From the NCBI GenBank assembly GCA_965207065.1, contig OZ242260.1:800001-864000 (forward strand): DNA of 64,000 nt, given 5' to 3'. Position numbers and translations under genes: made by a program. This stretch comes from a bacterium (GTDB lineage Bacteria > UBA8248). The notes beneath the pieces were generated by a model. It made no database searches. It was not told where the DNA came from and saw only the letters and a list, made by a program, of their open reading frames with translations. Shown piece after piece: positions 37,933-47,288 of this stretch (within the stretch, counting starts at the first letter, position 1; each line of letters begins with the position of its first letter).

Positions 37933-39162
37933 TTAAAACGTCTTGTCGATCACGATGCGCACGTTCTTCTCTCCCACCCGCACGGGGCGCGATGTGCGAC
38001 CTTCGAGATCGCCTGCGCCCGCGGGACCCGCCGAGCCGTCCGCGTCGAGACGCGCCGAGAGCGTAACCATTCCCTCGAACGGCACGCCGGGGATCATCAC
38101 GTTTCGCTTCGATACCTCGAACTTGAGCGGGAAACGGGGGTTCGCCACCCGCACGACCGCCAGCGGCGGGCCTCCGCCTCCCTTGCGCGCGATCAGGAAC
38201 AAGACGGGCTTGCCCTGGGCCTTGGCCTGCAAGGCGGGGGCAATCTCTATCGTACCCGAAATCACCTCTCCCGCCCCTTGCGGCTGTGCGGGTATGGGCG
38301 CTGCTTCTCCTTTTGCTTCTTGTGAGAGAACGATCTCCACGCCTCGCGCACCCACCTGGACCGGCCCGCGTGCGCCGCCGAAAATATCGCCCGGCTGCGT
38401 CCCGACTTTTCCGTCCCCATCGAGCTTGGCGATGAGGCGGACCTCACCTGCGAACGCCACCCCCTGGAGCATCACGTTTTGCTCGCTCATGGTGAAATCC
38501 AGGGGAAAACCGGGATTCAGAATCCGCATGACCGCCAGGGGCGGGCCGGGTTGCTTCCCGCGCGCGATGATGAAAATCGCCGCCTTGCCCTTCGCCTTTT
38601 CCTTAAGTTTGGGGGCGACGCGGACCACGCCGCGAATCGTCTTGCCGCTCCCGGTCGATGGCGCCGCTTCAGGGGGCGGTGCGGGTTTTGCGGGAGATTT
38701 TTTCGCGACCTTCGGAGGAGGAGCGGTGCCGATCTGATCGATCACCACGTCCACGTCTTTCGCGCCCACGGCAACCGGGCCTGCGGCCCGCCCCTCGAAA
38801 TCGCCCTGGACCAGCGGCCCAGGAACGCCGTCCGCATCGAGGCGGGCGCGCACGCGGACGCGGCCCGCGAATTTCTGGCCGCGAATCATCATATCGTCTT
38901 TCGTGATGACGTATCGGTAGGGAAACCGCGTCTCCACGAGGCGCTGCACCGCCAGCGGCGGGCCGCCTCCCTCGCGCTCCAAAATGATGAACAACGTGCG
39001 CGTGCGCCATGCCTTTACGGGCAGCTTCGCGCTCATCCGAATGGTGCCCGAAACGGATTCTTCCGGCGGGCCGAGTTCGGGAAGGAGATCGCAACCGCTC
39101 AGCATCACGGAGAGACAAATCGCAGTGAGAGCGACGCAAAAATTTTTGAATATGCGCTTCAT
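37933..39162 (-). CDS. Lipoprotein with three repeats of a CycH/CcmI C-terminal-like domain
   Basis: Lipobox LSG-C; three copies of GPPLAV.R....FP...M..G....G.V...A(R/K)LD.DG.....GD..G...V.VG...V.(I/V)V. Confidence 0.7.
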   Translation of the reverse strand: MKRIFKNFCVALTAICLSVMLSGCDLLPELGPPEESVSGTIRMSAKLPVKAWRTRTLFIILEREGGGPPLAVQRLVETRFPYRYVITKDDMMIRGQKFAGRVRVRARLDADGVPGPLVQGDFEGRAAGPVAVGAKDVDVVIDQIGTAPPPKVAKKSPAKPAPPPEAAPSTGSGKTIRGVVRVAPKLKEKAKGKAAIFIIARGKQPGPPLAVMRILNPGFPLDFTMSEQNVMLQGVAFAGEVRLIAKLDGDGKVGTQPGDIFGGARGPVQVGARGVEIVLSQEAKGEAAPIPAQPQGAGEVISGTIEIAPALQAKAQGKPVLFLIARKGGGGPPLAVVRVANPRFPLKFEVSKRNVMIPGVPFEGMVTLSARLDADGSAGPAGAGDLEGRTSRPVRVGEKNVRIVIDKTF

Positions 39163-40094
39163 GGGCATTCCCGTGGTGAATTCGCTTGCAGAAAGGCTTC
39201 CACCTCACTCAGACGGGGGAGCGCGGCCCTTCCCCCGAGGGCGGTGCAGTTCATCGCGGCGACCGCGTTTGCGAAGCGCAACGTATCCTCAAGGCCCATC
39301 TTGCGCAATACGCCGTAGAGGAAAGCGCCATGAAACGCATCGCCCGCCCCGGTGGTGTCGAGAACGTCCACATGAAAACCCGGCGATTCGTAAAACCGCG
39401 TCCCGTCGTATGCGAGCGCGCCGCGAGCGCCGAGGGTGACGCCCACTACCCTGGGCCCCATCGCGTGAAGCAGGCTTAAACTCTCGCGGTGATCGGAAAC
39501 GCCGGTGAACAGCGCAGGAAAATCTTCCGCCGCCATCAGGTAATCCGTTAAGCCGATGAGGCCTTCGATTCCCTCGGGCGCACGCTCCGCATCCAGGAAC
39601 ACGGGCGCACCCTCCTCTCGCGCCCACCGGGCGGCGGCGATTTCCGCCTCGACATGGTGACCATCCAGATGCAGGGCGCGGCCTGCTCGCACCACCTCCT
39701 CACGCACGTCTTCGGGAGCCAGGGAAACCTCGCGCCGCCAGAGAATCGTCCGCGCGCCTTTTTCCTCCACGTCTCCTTCCCGCTGAACGATGATGAGGGC
39801 GAACTGGCTCGCACGTCCTTTCTGCGTGACGACACCTTCCACGTTCACCCCCTCGCTCTCCAGACTCGCAAGGGAAAACGCGCCCGCCTCGTCGTCGCCC
39901 ACCGCGCCGATGTAGGCCGCGCGCATGCCCAGGCGCGCCAGCGCCGCCATGGCCGTCGCCGCCTGCCCGCCGCCCGCGCGCGCCATTTCCAGAATGCCGC
40001 TCTTGGTGTTCGCTGTTGGATATTCACGCACCACACAGAACTGATCGGCGGAGTTCAGGCCGATTCCCACGGCGTCGAATCTTTTCTGCGTCAT
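39159..40094 (-). CDS. PfkB-family carbohydrate kinase
   Basis: GGGQAATA..ALARLG, GAVGDD.AG and DTTGAGDAFHGAF. Confidence 0.92.
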   Translation of the reverse strand: MTQKRFDAVGIGLNSADQFCVVREYPTANTKSGILEMARAGGGQAATAMAALARLGMRAAYIGAVGDDEAGAFSLASLESEGVNVEGVVTQKGRASQFALIIVQREGDVEEKGARTILWRREVSLAPEDVREEVVRAGRALHLDGHHVEAEIAAARWAREEGAPVFLDAERAPEGIEGLIGLTDYLMAAEDFPALFTGVSDHRESLSLLHAMGPRVVGVTLGARGALAYDGTRFYESPGFHVDVLDTTGAGDAFHGAFLYGVLRKMGLEDTLRFANAVAAMNCTALGGRAALPRLSEVEAFLQANSPRECP

Positions 40095-40111
40095 GAAAGG
40101 AAGTTTCCGCT

Positions 40112-40864
40112 TCAGATGAATTCGCGCTGGCGGACACCTTCGGGGTCTGCGGCGTGGAGCGCGGCGCGCTCGGCATCCGTGGGTTCGGGCGTGGCGGGAG
40201 TCTGTTCCAGATCGCCCAGGTCGAATCCCGTGGCGGCGCGCAAGGCATCCGCCGTCACCCCCTGGTGAATCGACTTGACTCTAAGTCGACCCTCCGCCTT
40301 TTCAAAAATACACAAAGGTGTCACCACCGCTTCCACGTTGCCCGAAGCCGTCACGAAATCACATCGCTCGGGAAAGCTCCTCGCGTCGTGAACCGTCCGC
40401 CAGAGCACGGTGCGCCCCGCCGTGGGCAGAATGTGCGCGCTGCCCGCGCCGCCCGGAAGGCGCACCTTGGGCGACGCCGGGTCCCCGATGAAGGAGAGGT
40501 TCATGTCGCCGCGCGCGTCGATTTGCGCGCCTCCGAGAAACGCCAGGTCGAGCTTGCCGCGTGCGGAGAGATCGAAAATTTCCGTGAGGGTGAAATACGA
40601 GAGCGCCCCCTCCATGAGCTGCCTTGCCACGGTGGAGCCGGGAAGATGAGAGGGCTTGGGGTCCACGCCGCCCGGTATGTTCAGATAGGTCAGGTTCGGC
40701 GCATGGGTGTTCCGCGCCATGACGATCGCCGCCATCGGCAGCGGCGAGGCCACCCCGTGGAACACGAGTTCCCCGTCACGGATGAATCTCGAGAGAAAAA
40801 CCGCCATCCTGTCTGCGGCGGCGCGCACATCCTCGGCCGCGCCTTCGTGCAAGACGACGCTCAT
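40112..40864 (-). CDS. CoA-transferase family I beta subunit-like (GctB/AibB-like), catalytic Glu absent
   Basis: GVASPL, THAPNLTYL, FLGGAQID.RG..N, RLPGGAG and TGFDL; ATGA overlap with the alpha gene. Confidence 0.82.
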   Translation of the reverse strand: MSVVLHEGAAEDVRAAADRMAVFLSRFIRDGELVFHGVASPLPMAAIVMARNTHAPNLTYLNIPGGVDPKPSHLPGSTVARQLMEGALSYFTLTEIFDLSARGKLDLAFLGGAQIDARGDMNLSFIGDPASPKVRLPGGAGSAHILPTAGRTVLWRTVHDARSFPERCDFVTASGNVEAVVTPLCIFEKAEGRLRVKSIHQGVTADALRAATGFDLGDLEQTPATPEPTDAERAALHAADPEGVRQREFI

Positions 40865-41703
40865 GCAACGCTCCCCGAGGCCGCCGCGCTGCCCGCATGG
40901 TCGCGTTCCTCCCAGGAATCCAGGTGCGCGCGCAGGGATTCCGCACCGGATGCCGAATCGAGGTATGCGCCCACGGCGTCCTCGTCGATGTCGTAGAACG
41001 GATGGCACCCCCCGGGCCGCGCGCCCCCCGGCGCGTGCACTACCGCCTGCACCATGAAGGCGGGAACCGCCGTTCTGTCGGGTTTCTCGACGAAAAACGC
41101 TGTCTCCTCGATGCGTTCCGCCGTCAGGATCACCGACTCGGCCGCCCGGGACATCAGCACGTCCTCGAACGCGCCGCCATCTATCCGCGCGTTTCCCTCC
41201 GCATCGGCATACGTCACATGGAGTACGGCGAACCGGGGCCTGATTCGGGGAACCATATAGGTCGACACGCCCGTGTAGGGGTCTTTCACCTGCCGGAAAC
41301 CCGTAAGCGCCGCCACGTCGCTCCCGTCCAGACCCGCCACGGGCTGACTCGGAAGACCGTATGCGGAGGCCCTGAGACCCGCGATGACCGTGGAGCAGGC
41401 GTGTTCGACCGCCTGCACGCGGCCTTCCTCCACGCTGAGGCGGTAGGAGGGCGCCAGGCCGAAGAGGTTTTCGAAGCCCACATAACCCGTCTGCGTCTGC
41501 GCTACGGCCCCCGCCGCGCATAGCAAATCGACATCGTAGGCGCCGGCCGTCTTAACGAGGCGCAAATTCTCCCGCCCCCGGCGGGCGAGTTCGCGGACGA
41601 AAGCGGCGGGAATTCTCGTGAGCGAGTTTCCGCCCAGGGCGAGCATATCCCCGTCCTGCACAAGGGCCGCCGCCTGCGTGAGGGACATGATTTTGCCTGC
41701 CAT
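40861..41703 (-). CDS. CoA-transferase family I alpha subunit-like (GctA/AibA-like)
   Basis: VQDGD.LALGG..R.P.A..REL.R, DPYTG, H...AD..GN and VVHAPGGARP..C...YD.D. Confidence 0.85.
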   Translation of the reverse strand: MAGKIMSLTQAAALVQDGDMLALGGNSLTRIPAAFVRELARRGRENLRLVKTAGAYDVDLLCAAGAVAQTQTGYVGFENLFGLAPSYRLSVEEGRVQAVEHACSTVIAGLRASAYGLPSQPVAGLDGSDVAALTGFRQVKDPYTGVSTYMVPRIRPRFAVLHVTYADAEGNARIDGGAFEDVLMSRAAESVILTAERIEETAFFVEKPDRTAVPAFMVQAVVHAPGGARPGGCHPFYDIDEDAVGAYLDSASGAESLRAHLDSWEERDHAGSAAASGSVA

Positions 41704-41961
41704 CGATTCCTCCTCATCGAGATGAACGCTCCCGTGATTATCCCCCAGAGGCGCGCGCCCCTCAAGGCGGACGTGCCGATAAGCCGTGAAGTTCCAGTAT
41801 AAGGGGTTGAATTTCTCGAAAAACCCGATTTTCCCCGTTTGACAAGAACACCCATCTTTTCTAGGCTTTAGGATAATTCTAGGGCGTAGGAGAGCCTCCC
41901 CGCCCGTGGGCTCGTGAAATAGCCCGGTAAAGACCGCTCAGTCCGCCCATCCGGGGTGAGC

Positions 41962-42891
41962 ATGAATCCCCAAGAAAATACGTCACCACCAGAAGGTTCA
42001 CCTGCGCCTTCAGAGGCGACCGACTTCGCCGATCTGCCCTGGGGCAGCGATAAGTCCGCGGGAAACCCCGAGAACTGGGAAATCCTGGAGACTGCGGGCG
42101 CGCCCGATGCGGACCACCCCGACGGCCAAGAGACCGCCTCCGGGGCTTCGGATGATTCCGAGCGATTCAACATCAAAATCGACGTCTTCGAAGGCCCGCT
42201 CGAGCTCCTCCTCCACCTGGTGCGCGAGCACAAGCTGGACATCCATGACATTCCGGTCGCCTTCATTACGGATCAATACCTGAAATACGTGGAACTGCTC
42301 AAAAAGCTGAACATCAACCTGGCGTCGGAATATCTCGTCATGGCTTCTTATCTGGTCTATATCAAGAGCAGGACCCTTCTGCCCCGGACCGAGGAGGACG
42401 CGGAAGAGGAAGACCCCGAAGTCCTGCGCCAGGAACTCCAGCGCCAGCTCATCGAATACCAGAAATTCAAGAAAATCAGCCAGGTGTTCCGCCATGCCGA
42501 AGAGGAGCAATCCTGGCTCTATACGCGGGGCGCCGACCCTCTCCTGCTGGAGGAAGACGAGGAAGAAGAAGCGCCCAAACTACAAGTGACGGTGTTCGAC
42601 CTCATCAGCGCCATGCAACACCTCATCGAATCCATCGGGGAAGAGGGCATTCACCTCGTGGACATCGATGAGCTCGAAGTCGCCGACATGAGAGCCAGGC
42701 TGCTGGACACTCTCGAAGACGCAGGTAAGGAGGGCGTCTTATTCCATTCATTGTTCCAGACGAGGCGCGCTCTGGAAGTAGTGGCGATATTCCTGGCGCT
42801 CCTGGAACTCATCAAGGGAAATCTCGTCGTGGCGCAACAGGCGTCCAATTTCGGTGAAATCCGAATTTCAAAGGCGGTGCGTGATGAATAA
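41962..42891 (+). CDS. scpA: Segregation and condensation protein A
   Basis: FEGPLELLLHL, ITDQYL, EYLVMA..L.YIKSR.LLP and FLALLEL. Confidence 0.95.
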   Translation: MNPQENTSPPEGSPAPSEATDFADLPWGSDKSAGNPENWEILETAGAPDADHPDGQETASGASDDSERFNIKIDVFEGPLELLLHLVREHKLDIHDIPVAFITDQYLKYVELLKKLNINLASEYLVMASYLVYIKSRTLLPRTEEDAEEEDPEVLRQELQRQLIEYQKFKKISQVFRHAEEEQSWLYTRGADPLLLEEDEEEEAPKLQVTVFDLISAMQHLIESIGEEGIHLVDIDELEVADMRARLLDTLEDAGKEGVLFHSLFQTRRALEVVAIFLALLELIKGNLVVAQQASNFGEIRISKAVRDE

Positions 42892-43930
42892 CCCCCAACC
42901 AGAAAAAGAGAATATTGAACGCATGGAACCGGAAACTCCCTACGAACTCGCAGAAGATGAAATATCGTCCCCGGACGCCGCGGCCAAAGCTCTGGCGGAA
43001 CATCAGTTGGAGGCCATGGAAGAACCTCGCCAGGAGACGCTCTTCGAGATCGACGAGGCGCACGAACCCGTCGAGATGGCCGAAGATGCGCCCGATGAGG
43101 AGGAAGCAGGAGAATTCGACAAGGATGCGCCCCTCGTCATGGACCTGGGCGAAGCGAAAAAGATTGTCGAATCCATTCTGTTCGTCGCGAGCGAGCCGCT
43201 CAGACCCCGGGACATTTCTTTTCTGTTCAAGGGCGTCTCCAACGTGAACGTCAAGGTCGTCCGAAAACTCCTGGGCGAACTGGTCGAGGAATACGGCGAC
43301 AAAACCCTGCAGATCATCGAAGTGGCCGAGGGCTTCCGCCTGTGCACGAGAGCGGAGTTCTCTCCCTGGGTGAAGCGATTCCTGAAAACGGCGAAAAAAA
43401 CCAAGCTGTCCCAGGCGGCGCTCGAAACCCTGGCCATCCTGGCCTACAAGCAGCCCATCACGAAAGCGGAGATCGAGGAGATCAGGCGGGTGGATTGCGG
43501 CGGCGTGCTGCATACCTTGCTCGAACGCGGCCTCATCCGCATCATCGGGCGCCGGGACGTCGTGGGCCGGCCCATTGTCTACGGCACCACGCCCCTGTTC
43601 CTGGAGCACTTCGGCTTCAAGAACCTTTCGGATATGCCGAAGCCCGAGGAATTCGAGATGACCGAGAGGATCGACTGGGAGCCGGCGGAAGGCCAGGAAG
43701 AGATCGTCGCGCTCGAAGCCGGGGCGGAGACGCCGCCATCGAACGGTCATGCAAACGGCCATTCGAACGGACATACGAATGGTCACACCAATGGCCACGC
43801 AAACGGCCAGGCGGACGAGGACACCAAGCAGGATGACGCTCCGGCGCAAGCGGAGGCATTGCCGTCGAACGGCCAGGCTAACGGCCAGGCGGATAAAGAC
43901 CTCGAAAAGAATTCGGAGACCACCTCCTGA
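42884..43930 (+). CDS. scpB: SMC-Scp complex subunit ScpB with extended termini
   Basis: ESILF, LSQAALETLAILAYKQPITKAEIEEIR and GRPIVYGTT..FLEHFG. Confidence 0.95.
   Translation: MNNPQPEKENIERMEPETPYELAEDEISSPDAAAKALAEHQLEAMEEPRQETLFEIDEAHEPVEMAEDAPDEEEAGEFDKDAPLVMDLGEAKKIVESILFVASEPLRPRDISFLFKGVSNVNVKVVRKLLGELVEEYGDKTLQIIEVAEGFRLCTRAEFSPWVKRFLKTAKKTKLSQAALETLAILAYKQPITKAEIEEIRRVDCGGVLHTLLERGLIRIIGRRDVVGRPIVYGTTPLFLEHFGFKNLSDMPKPEEFEMTERIDWEPAEGQEEIVALEAGAETPPSNGHANGHSNGHTNGHTNGHANGQADEDTKQDDAPAQAEALPSNGQANGQADKDLEKNSETTS
43739..43812 (+). repeat. 12-bp coding tandem repeat (x-N-G-H) in the scpB tail
   Basis: SNGH ANGH SNGH TNGH TNGH ANGQ; degenerate at codon third positions. Confidence 0.85.
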
Positions 43931-43957
43931 CGAAAACCACGGCATTCTGATACAACC

Positions 43958-43994
43958 AAAAGGAGGAAGGCCCAGGCTTTCCTCCTTTTATTTT
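43958..43994 (+). terminator. Rho-independent terminator after scpB
   Basis: AAAAGGAGGAAGGCC-CA-GGCTTTCCTCCTTTT followed by ATTTT. Confidence 0.8.
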
Positions 43995-44037
43995 CACATT
44001 CGCGGCGTAAGCCGAGCCTCTTTGGTTGGGATTGAAT

Positions 44038-44982
44038 ATGCGTTTCGGAATCATGGCGACGGGAGGCGTGGGCGGGTATTTCGGCGCCATGCTGGCGAGG
44101 AGTGGCAAGGACGTCGCTTTCATCGCGCGCGGCCCGCACCTGGAAGCCATGCGAACAGACGGGCTTCGCGTGGAGAGCGTCGCGCCCGGGGCATTCAGCG
44201 TGCGTGAAGGAATTTTTACGGATTCTCCAGCGGAGGCCGGTGTTTGCGACGTCATCCTCTACTGCGTGAAAACGACTGCCAACGACTTCGCCATTCCCGC
44301 CATCGCGCCCATGGTCGGCGCAGACTCCGTGATCGTGAACCTGCAAAACGGCGTGGATAATGAGGAAAAACTGGCTGCCGTCTACGGCGCGGAACGGGTG
44401 ATGGGAGGCGCCGCCTACATATTCACCTCCATCGCGGGGCCGGGCCTCATCCGCCAAATCGGGGGACCGAGGCGAATGGTTTTCGGCGAACTGGGCGGCG
44501 GCTCGAGCGGACGTGGCGATGCGATACTAGCTGAACTCAAAGACGCGGAAATCAACGCGGAATACTCGGAAGACATCGAGGCGGAGCTTTGGACGAAGTT
44601 CATCTTCATCTGCGCGGTCGGCGGGGTGACAGCGCTCACGCGCTCATCCATCAGCGAGATTATGGCCTATGAGGGCACGAGAAACATGATGCGAGAGACG
44701 ATGCGCGAGGTCTTTCTGGTGGGCCGGGCGATGGGCGTGAACCTTCCCGAGGGCGCGGACGAGGGGCGCTACCGTTTCATCGACGAGCAGAACCCGGCCA
44801 GCAAGGGCAGCCTGTGCCATGACCTGGAAGCCGGCAGGCGTCTCGAGATCGACGCTTTGTGCGGAACCGTCTCTCGCATCGGGGCGGAGGTAGGCGTCGA
44901 GACGCCGTGCAACGATTTCATCTCGTACACTCTGAAACTCGCCGACCTTCAAATCGCGGGCGAAGTGAAGCCTCCAAGATAA
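44038..44982 (+). CDS. panE: Ketopantoate reductase family protein
   Basis: GGVGGYFG, LQNGV, LWTKF and SL..DL..GRRLEIDAL.G. Confidence 0.85.
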   Translation: MRFGIMATGGVGGYFGAMLARSGKDVAFIARGPHLEAMRTDGLRVESVAPGAFSVREGIFTDSPAEAGVCDVILYCVKTTANDFAIPAIAPMVGADSVIVNLQNGVDNEEKLAAVYGAERVMGGAAYIFTSIAGPGLIRQIGGPRRMVFGELGGGSSGRGDAILAELKDAEINAEYSEDIEAELWTKFIFICAVGGVTALTRSSISEIMAYEGTRNMMRETMREVFLVGRAMGVNLPEGADEGRYRFIDEQNPASKGSLCHDLEAGRRLEIDALCGTVSRIGAEVGVETPCNDFISYTLKLADLQIAGEVKPPR

Positions 44983-45078
44983 GCGCATCGCTCTCTCATA
45001 TTTCACCATCAGCCGCGACGTGATAGTCTTCACGGAACCCGGATATCACCCAAACCGACACATGGAGATGCGCTTTCG

Positions 45079-45546
45079 ATGGCCCGAAAATATTGGCTCA
45101 TGAAGAGTGAACCGGACGCATACTCGTTCGATGACCTGATGGCGGAACCCGAGCAGACCGCCTGCTGGGACGGCATCCGAAACTACCAGGCCAGAAACTT
45201 CATGATGGAGATGAAGGTGGGCGACCTCGTTCTCTTCTACCATTCGAACGCGAAACCGCCCCACGTGGCGGGCACCGCACGGGTGGCGCGGGAATACTAC
45301 CCCGATCACACCCAATACGACAAAAAATCCAAATACTACGACCCGAAGGCTCCCACTGACGCTCCGCGCTGGCAGATGGTGGATTTGCAGGCGACGGGAA
45401 AGCTCCCCCGGCCCGTCACGCTGAGCGAACTCAAGGAAAATCCCAAGCTGGCCAAGATGCGCGTCACCCAAAAGGGACAGCGCCTGAGCGTTCAGCCCGT
45501 GACCAACAAGGAATTCGACGAAGTGCTGCGAATGGCGAAGAAGTAG
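45079..45546 (+). CDS. EVE domain protein
   Basis: YWLMKSEP, WDGIRNYQARNFM, GD..LFYHS and RLSVQPV. Confidence 0.95.
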   Translation: MARKYWLMKSEPDAYSFDDLMAEPEQTACWDGIRNYQARNFMMEMKVGDLVLFYHSNAKPPHVAGTARVAREYYPDHTQYDKKSKYYDPKAPTDAPRWQMVDLQATGKLPRPVTLSELKENPKLAKMRVTQKGQRLSVQPVTNKEFDEVLRMAKK

Positions 45547-45574
45547 CCATTCGCAGCTTGGAGAATCGGCGCCT

Positions 45575-46993
45575 CTAGCTCGCCAGGCGCTGTTTCATCG
45601 CCTCGAAATCAGCCTCGTAGAAGAACTCCTTCTCTCCGAAGGCCGGCTTGAGGCCGGTGAGCCAGGTAGCGTTCTCGTCGTATTCGGCGAAGAAGACGCG
45701 GCCCAGCCACTCGGGGTTTCTCGCCTGGAGGAACTGAAGCGCGATGATGCGCTCGCCGCGGACTTCCTCTATGCCCAACACCTGCACCTTTCCTGGGGCC
45801 GCGCTCATCGAGGGGCCCCGCGCGGTTCGCGCCAGACCGGACACCTGGGAGTAGGCCTTCCGGTAGATAGCGTGCGCCTCCACCAGGGGCAGTTCGAAGT
45901 AGCGCTTGGCGCCCGTGTCCCTTTCCACGAACATGTAATAGGGTATCAGCCCGAGCCGCACCTGCTCCTTCCACATGCGCGCCCACATGTCCGCGTCGTC
46001 GTTGATATGCTTCAGGAGCGGCGCCTGCGTCCTGATGACGGCGCCCGTATCCCGCACCCTTCTGATGGCCTCGCGCGCCGTCGAGGTCTGGACCTCACGT
46101 TCGTGGTTGAAGTGCGCCATGATGGCGATGTGCTTGCCGCCTTTCACCATCTTCTCGAATAGACGCATCAGATCGTCCGCATCGGCGTCCGAGGTGAAGC
46201 GATACGGCCAGAAGGTCAGCGCCTTCGAGCCGATGCGGATGTCGCGGATGTGCGCGAAGCGCGAATCATCCAGCAAGGGCTCCATGTATCCCTCGAGCGC
46301 CTTGGTCTTCATGATCAGGGGATCGCCGCCGGTGAAGAGGACGTCCGTCACCTCTTTATGCTCGGCGAGATACCTGTGCAGGATGTCCGCATCCGTGGAG
46401 ATGAAGCGTAGCTCCTTGTCCCCCACGAACTGCGCCCAGCGGAAACAGAAGGTGCAGTAGGCGTGGCACGTCTGCCCCTGGCCGGGGAAGAAAAGCACCG
46501 TCTCGTGGTATTTGTGCTGCATACCTTCCACGTGCTCATCGTCGATGGTGGGGACGTTCAGCGTCTGCTGCCCGGCGGGGTGGGGGTTCAGGCCGGCCCT
46601 GATCTCGTGGATGGCGGCATTGAGCTGCTCCTTGGGCGCTTCTCGCCTCAGGAGATCCGCCACGGAATCGAAATCCTCTTTCGAGATCATTCCCTCCTGG
46701 GGAAAGGAGAGCTGGAACAAGGGGTCCTCGGGTACGTTGTCCCAATCGATGAGATTCTCCACCATGTAGCGATTCGTGCGGAAGGGCAGCACATGCCCCA
46801 CCACTTTCATGCTGAAGCGAATGTCATCGGGCAGACTCTGTAGCTCGGGAACTTTGTCTATTTGCTGGACCACAATCGGTTTGTAGCGAGGCGGATCGAT
46901 GGACAGCAGATTCTGGCCGTTCGGACCGCCGTTTTGGGTTTTTGCCGTCCCCGCCTCAGTCTGGCCGGGATTCTCTGAAGAAGACATGCTCAT
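45575..46993 (-). CDS. KamA-family radical SAM aminomutase
   Basis: HKY.ETVL, CHAYCTFCFR, VLFTGGDP, AHFNH.RE, PYYMF and PGK (PLP-Lys region). Confidence 0.88.
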   Translation of the reverse strand: MSMSSSENPGQTEAGTAKTQNGGPNGQNLLSIDPPRYKPIVVQQIDKVPELQSLPDDIRFSMKVVGHVLPFRTNRYMVENLIDWDNVPEDPLFQLSFPQEGMISKEDFDSVADLLRREAPKEQLNAAIHEIRAGLNPHPAGQQTLNVPTIDDEHVEGMQHKYHETVLFFPGQGQTCHAYCTFCFRWAQFVGDKELRFISTDADILHRYLAEHKEVTDVLFTGGDPLIMKTKALEGYMEPLLDDSRFAHIRDIRIGSKALTFWPYRFTSDADADDLMRLFEKMVKGGKHIAIMAHFNHEREVQTSTAREAIRRVRDTGAVIRTQAPLLKHINDDADMWARMWKEQVRLGLIPYYMFVERDTGAKRYFELPLVEAHAIYRKAYSQVSGLARTARGPSMSAAPGKVQVLGIEEVRGERIIALQFLQARNPEWLGRVFFAEYDENATWLTGLKPAFGEKEFFYEADFEAMKQRLAS

Positions 46994-47234
46994 TTTCTGG
47001 CCCTCCAGGCAGTGTCCTATTGGACTCGAATCAGAATTCGAAACTTCCTCATGTTGTTCATTTCAATAAACTGCTTTCACCCGATGTCATATCCTGTTCA
47101 ATCCATCGGATACATCTTTCTCTATAATAGATGATATCCCCATCCTTGAAAACATGCCACAAAATAGGCTCCGTCTTCTCTTGGGAAAACCGGTGTTTTC
47201 TGAAAAAAATGAAAGCGCTCGAAAAAAAGGAGAG

Positions 47235-47277
47235 AAAAAATCCCCGCCCAGGCGTCATTCATCGCGTGAGCGGGGAC
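47235..47277 (-). terminator. Probable terminator after the metallophosphoesterase
   Basis: Minus-strand hairpin TCCCCGCTCA...TGGGCGGGGA followed by a T-tract. Confidence 0.65.
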
Positions 47278-47288
47278 TTTCCGCTTAT

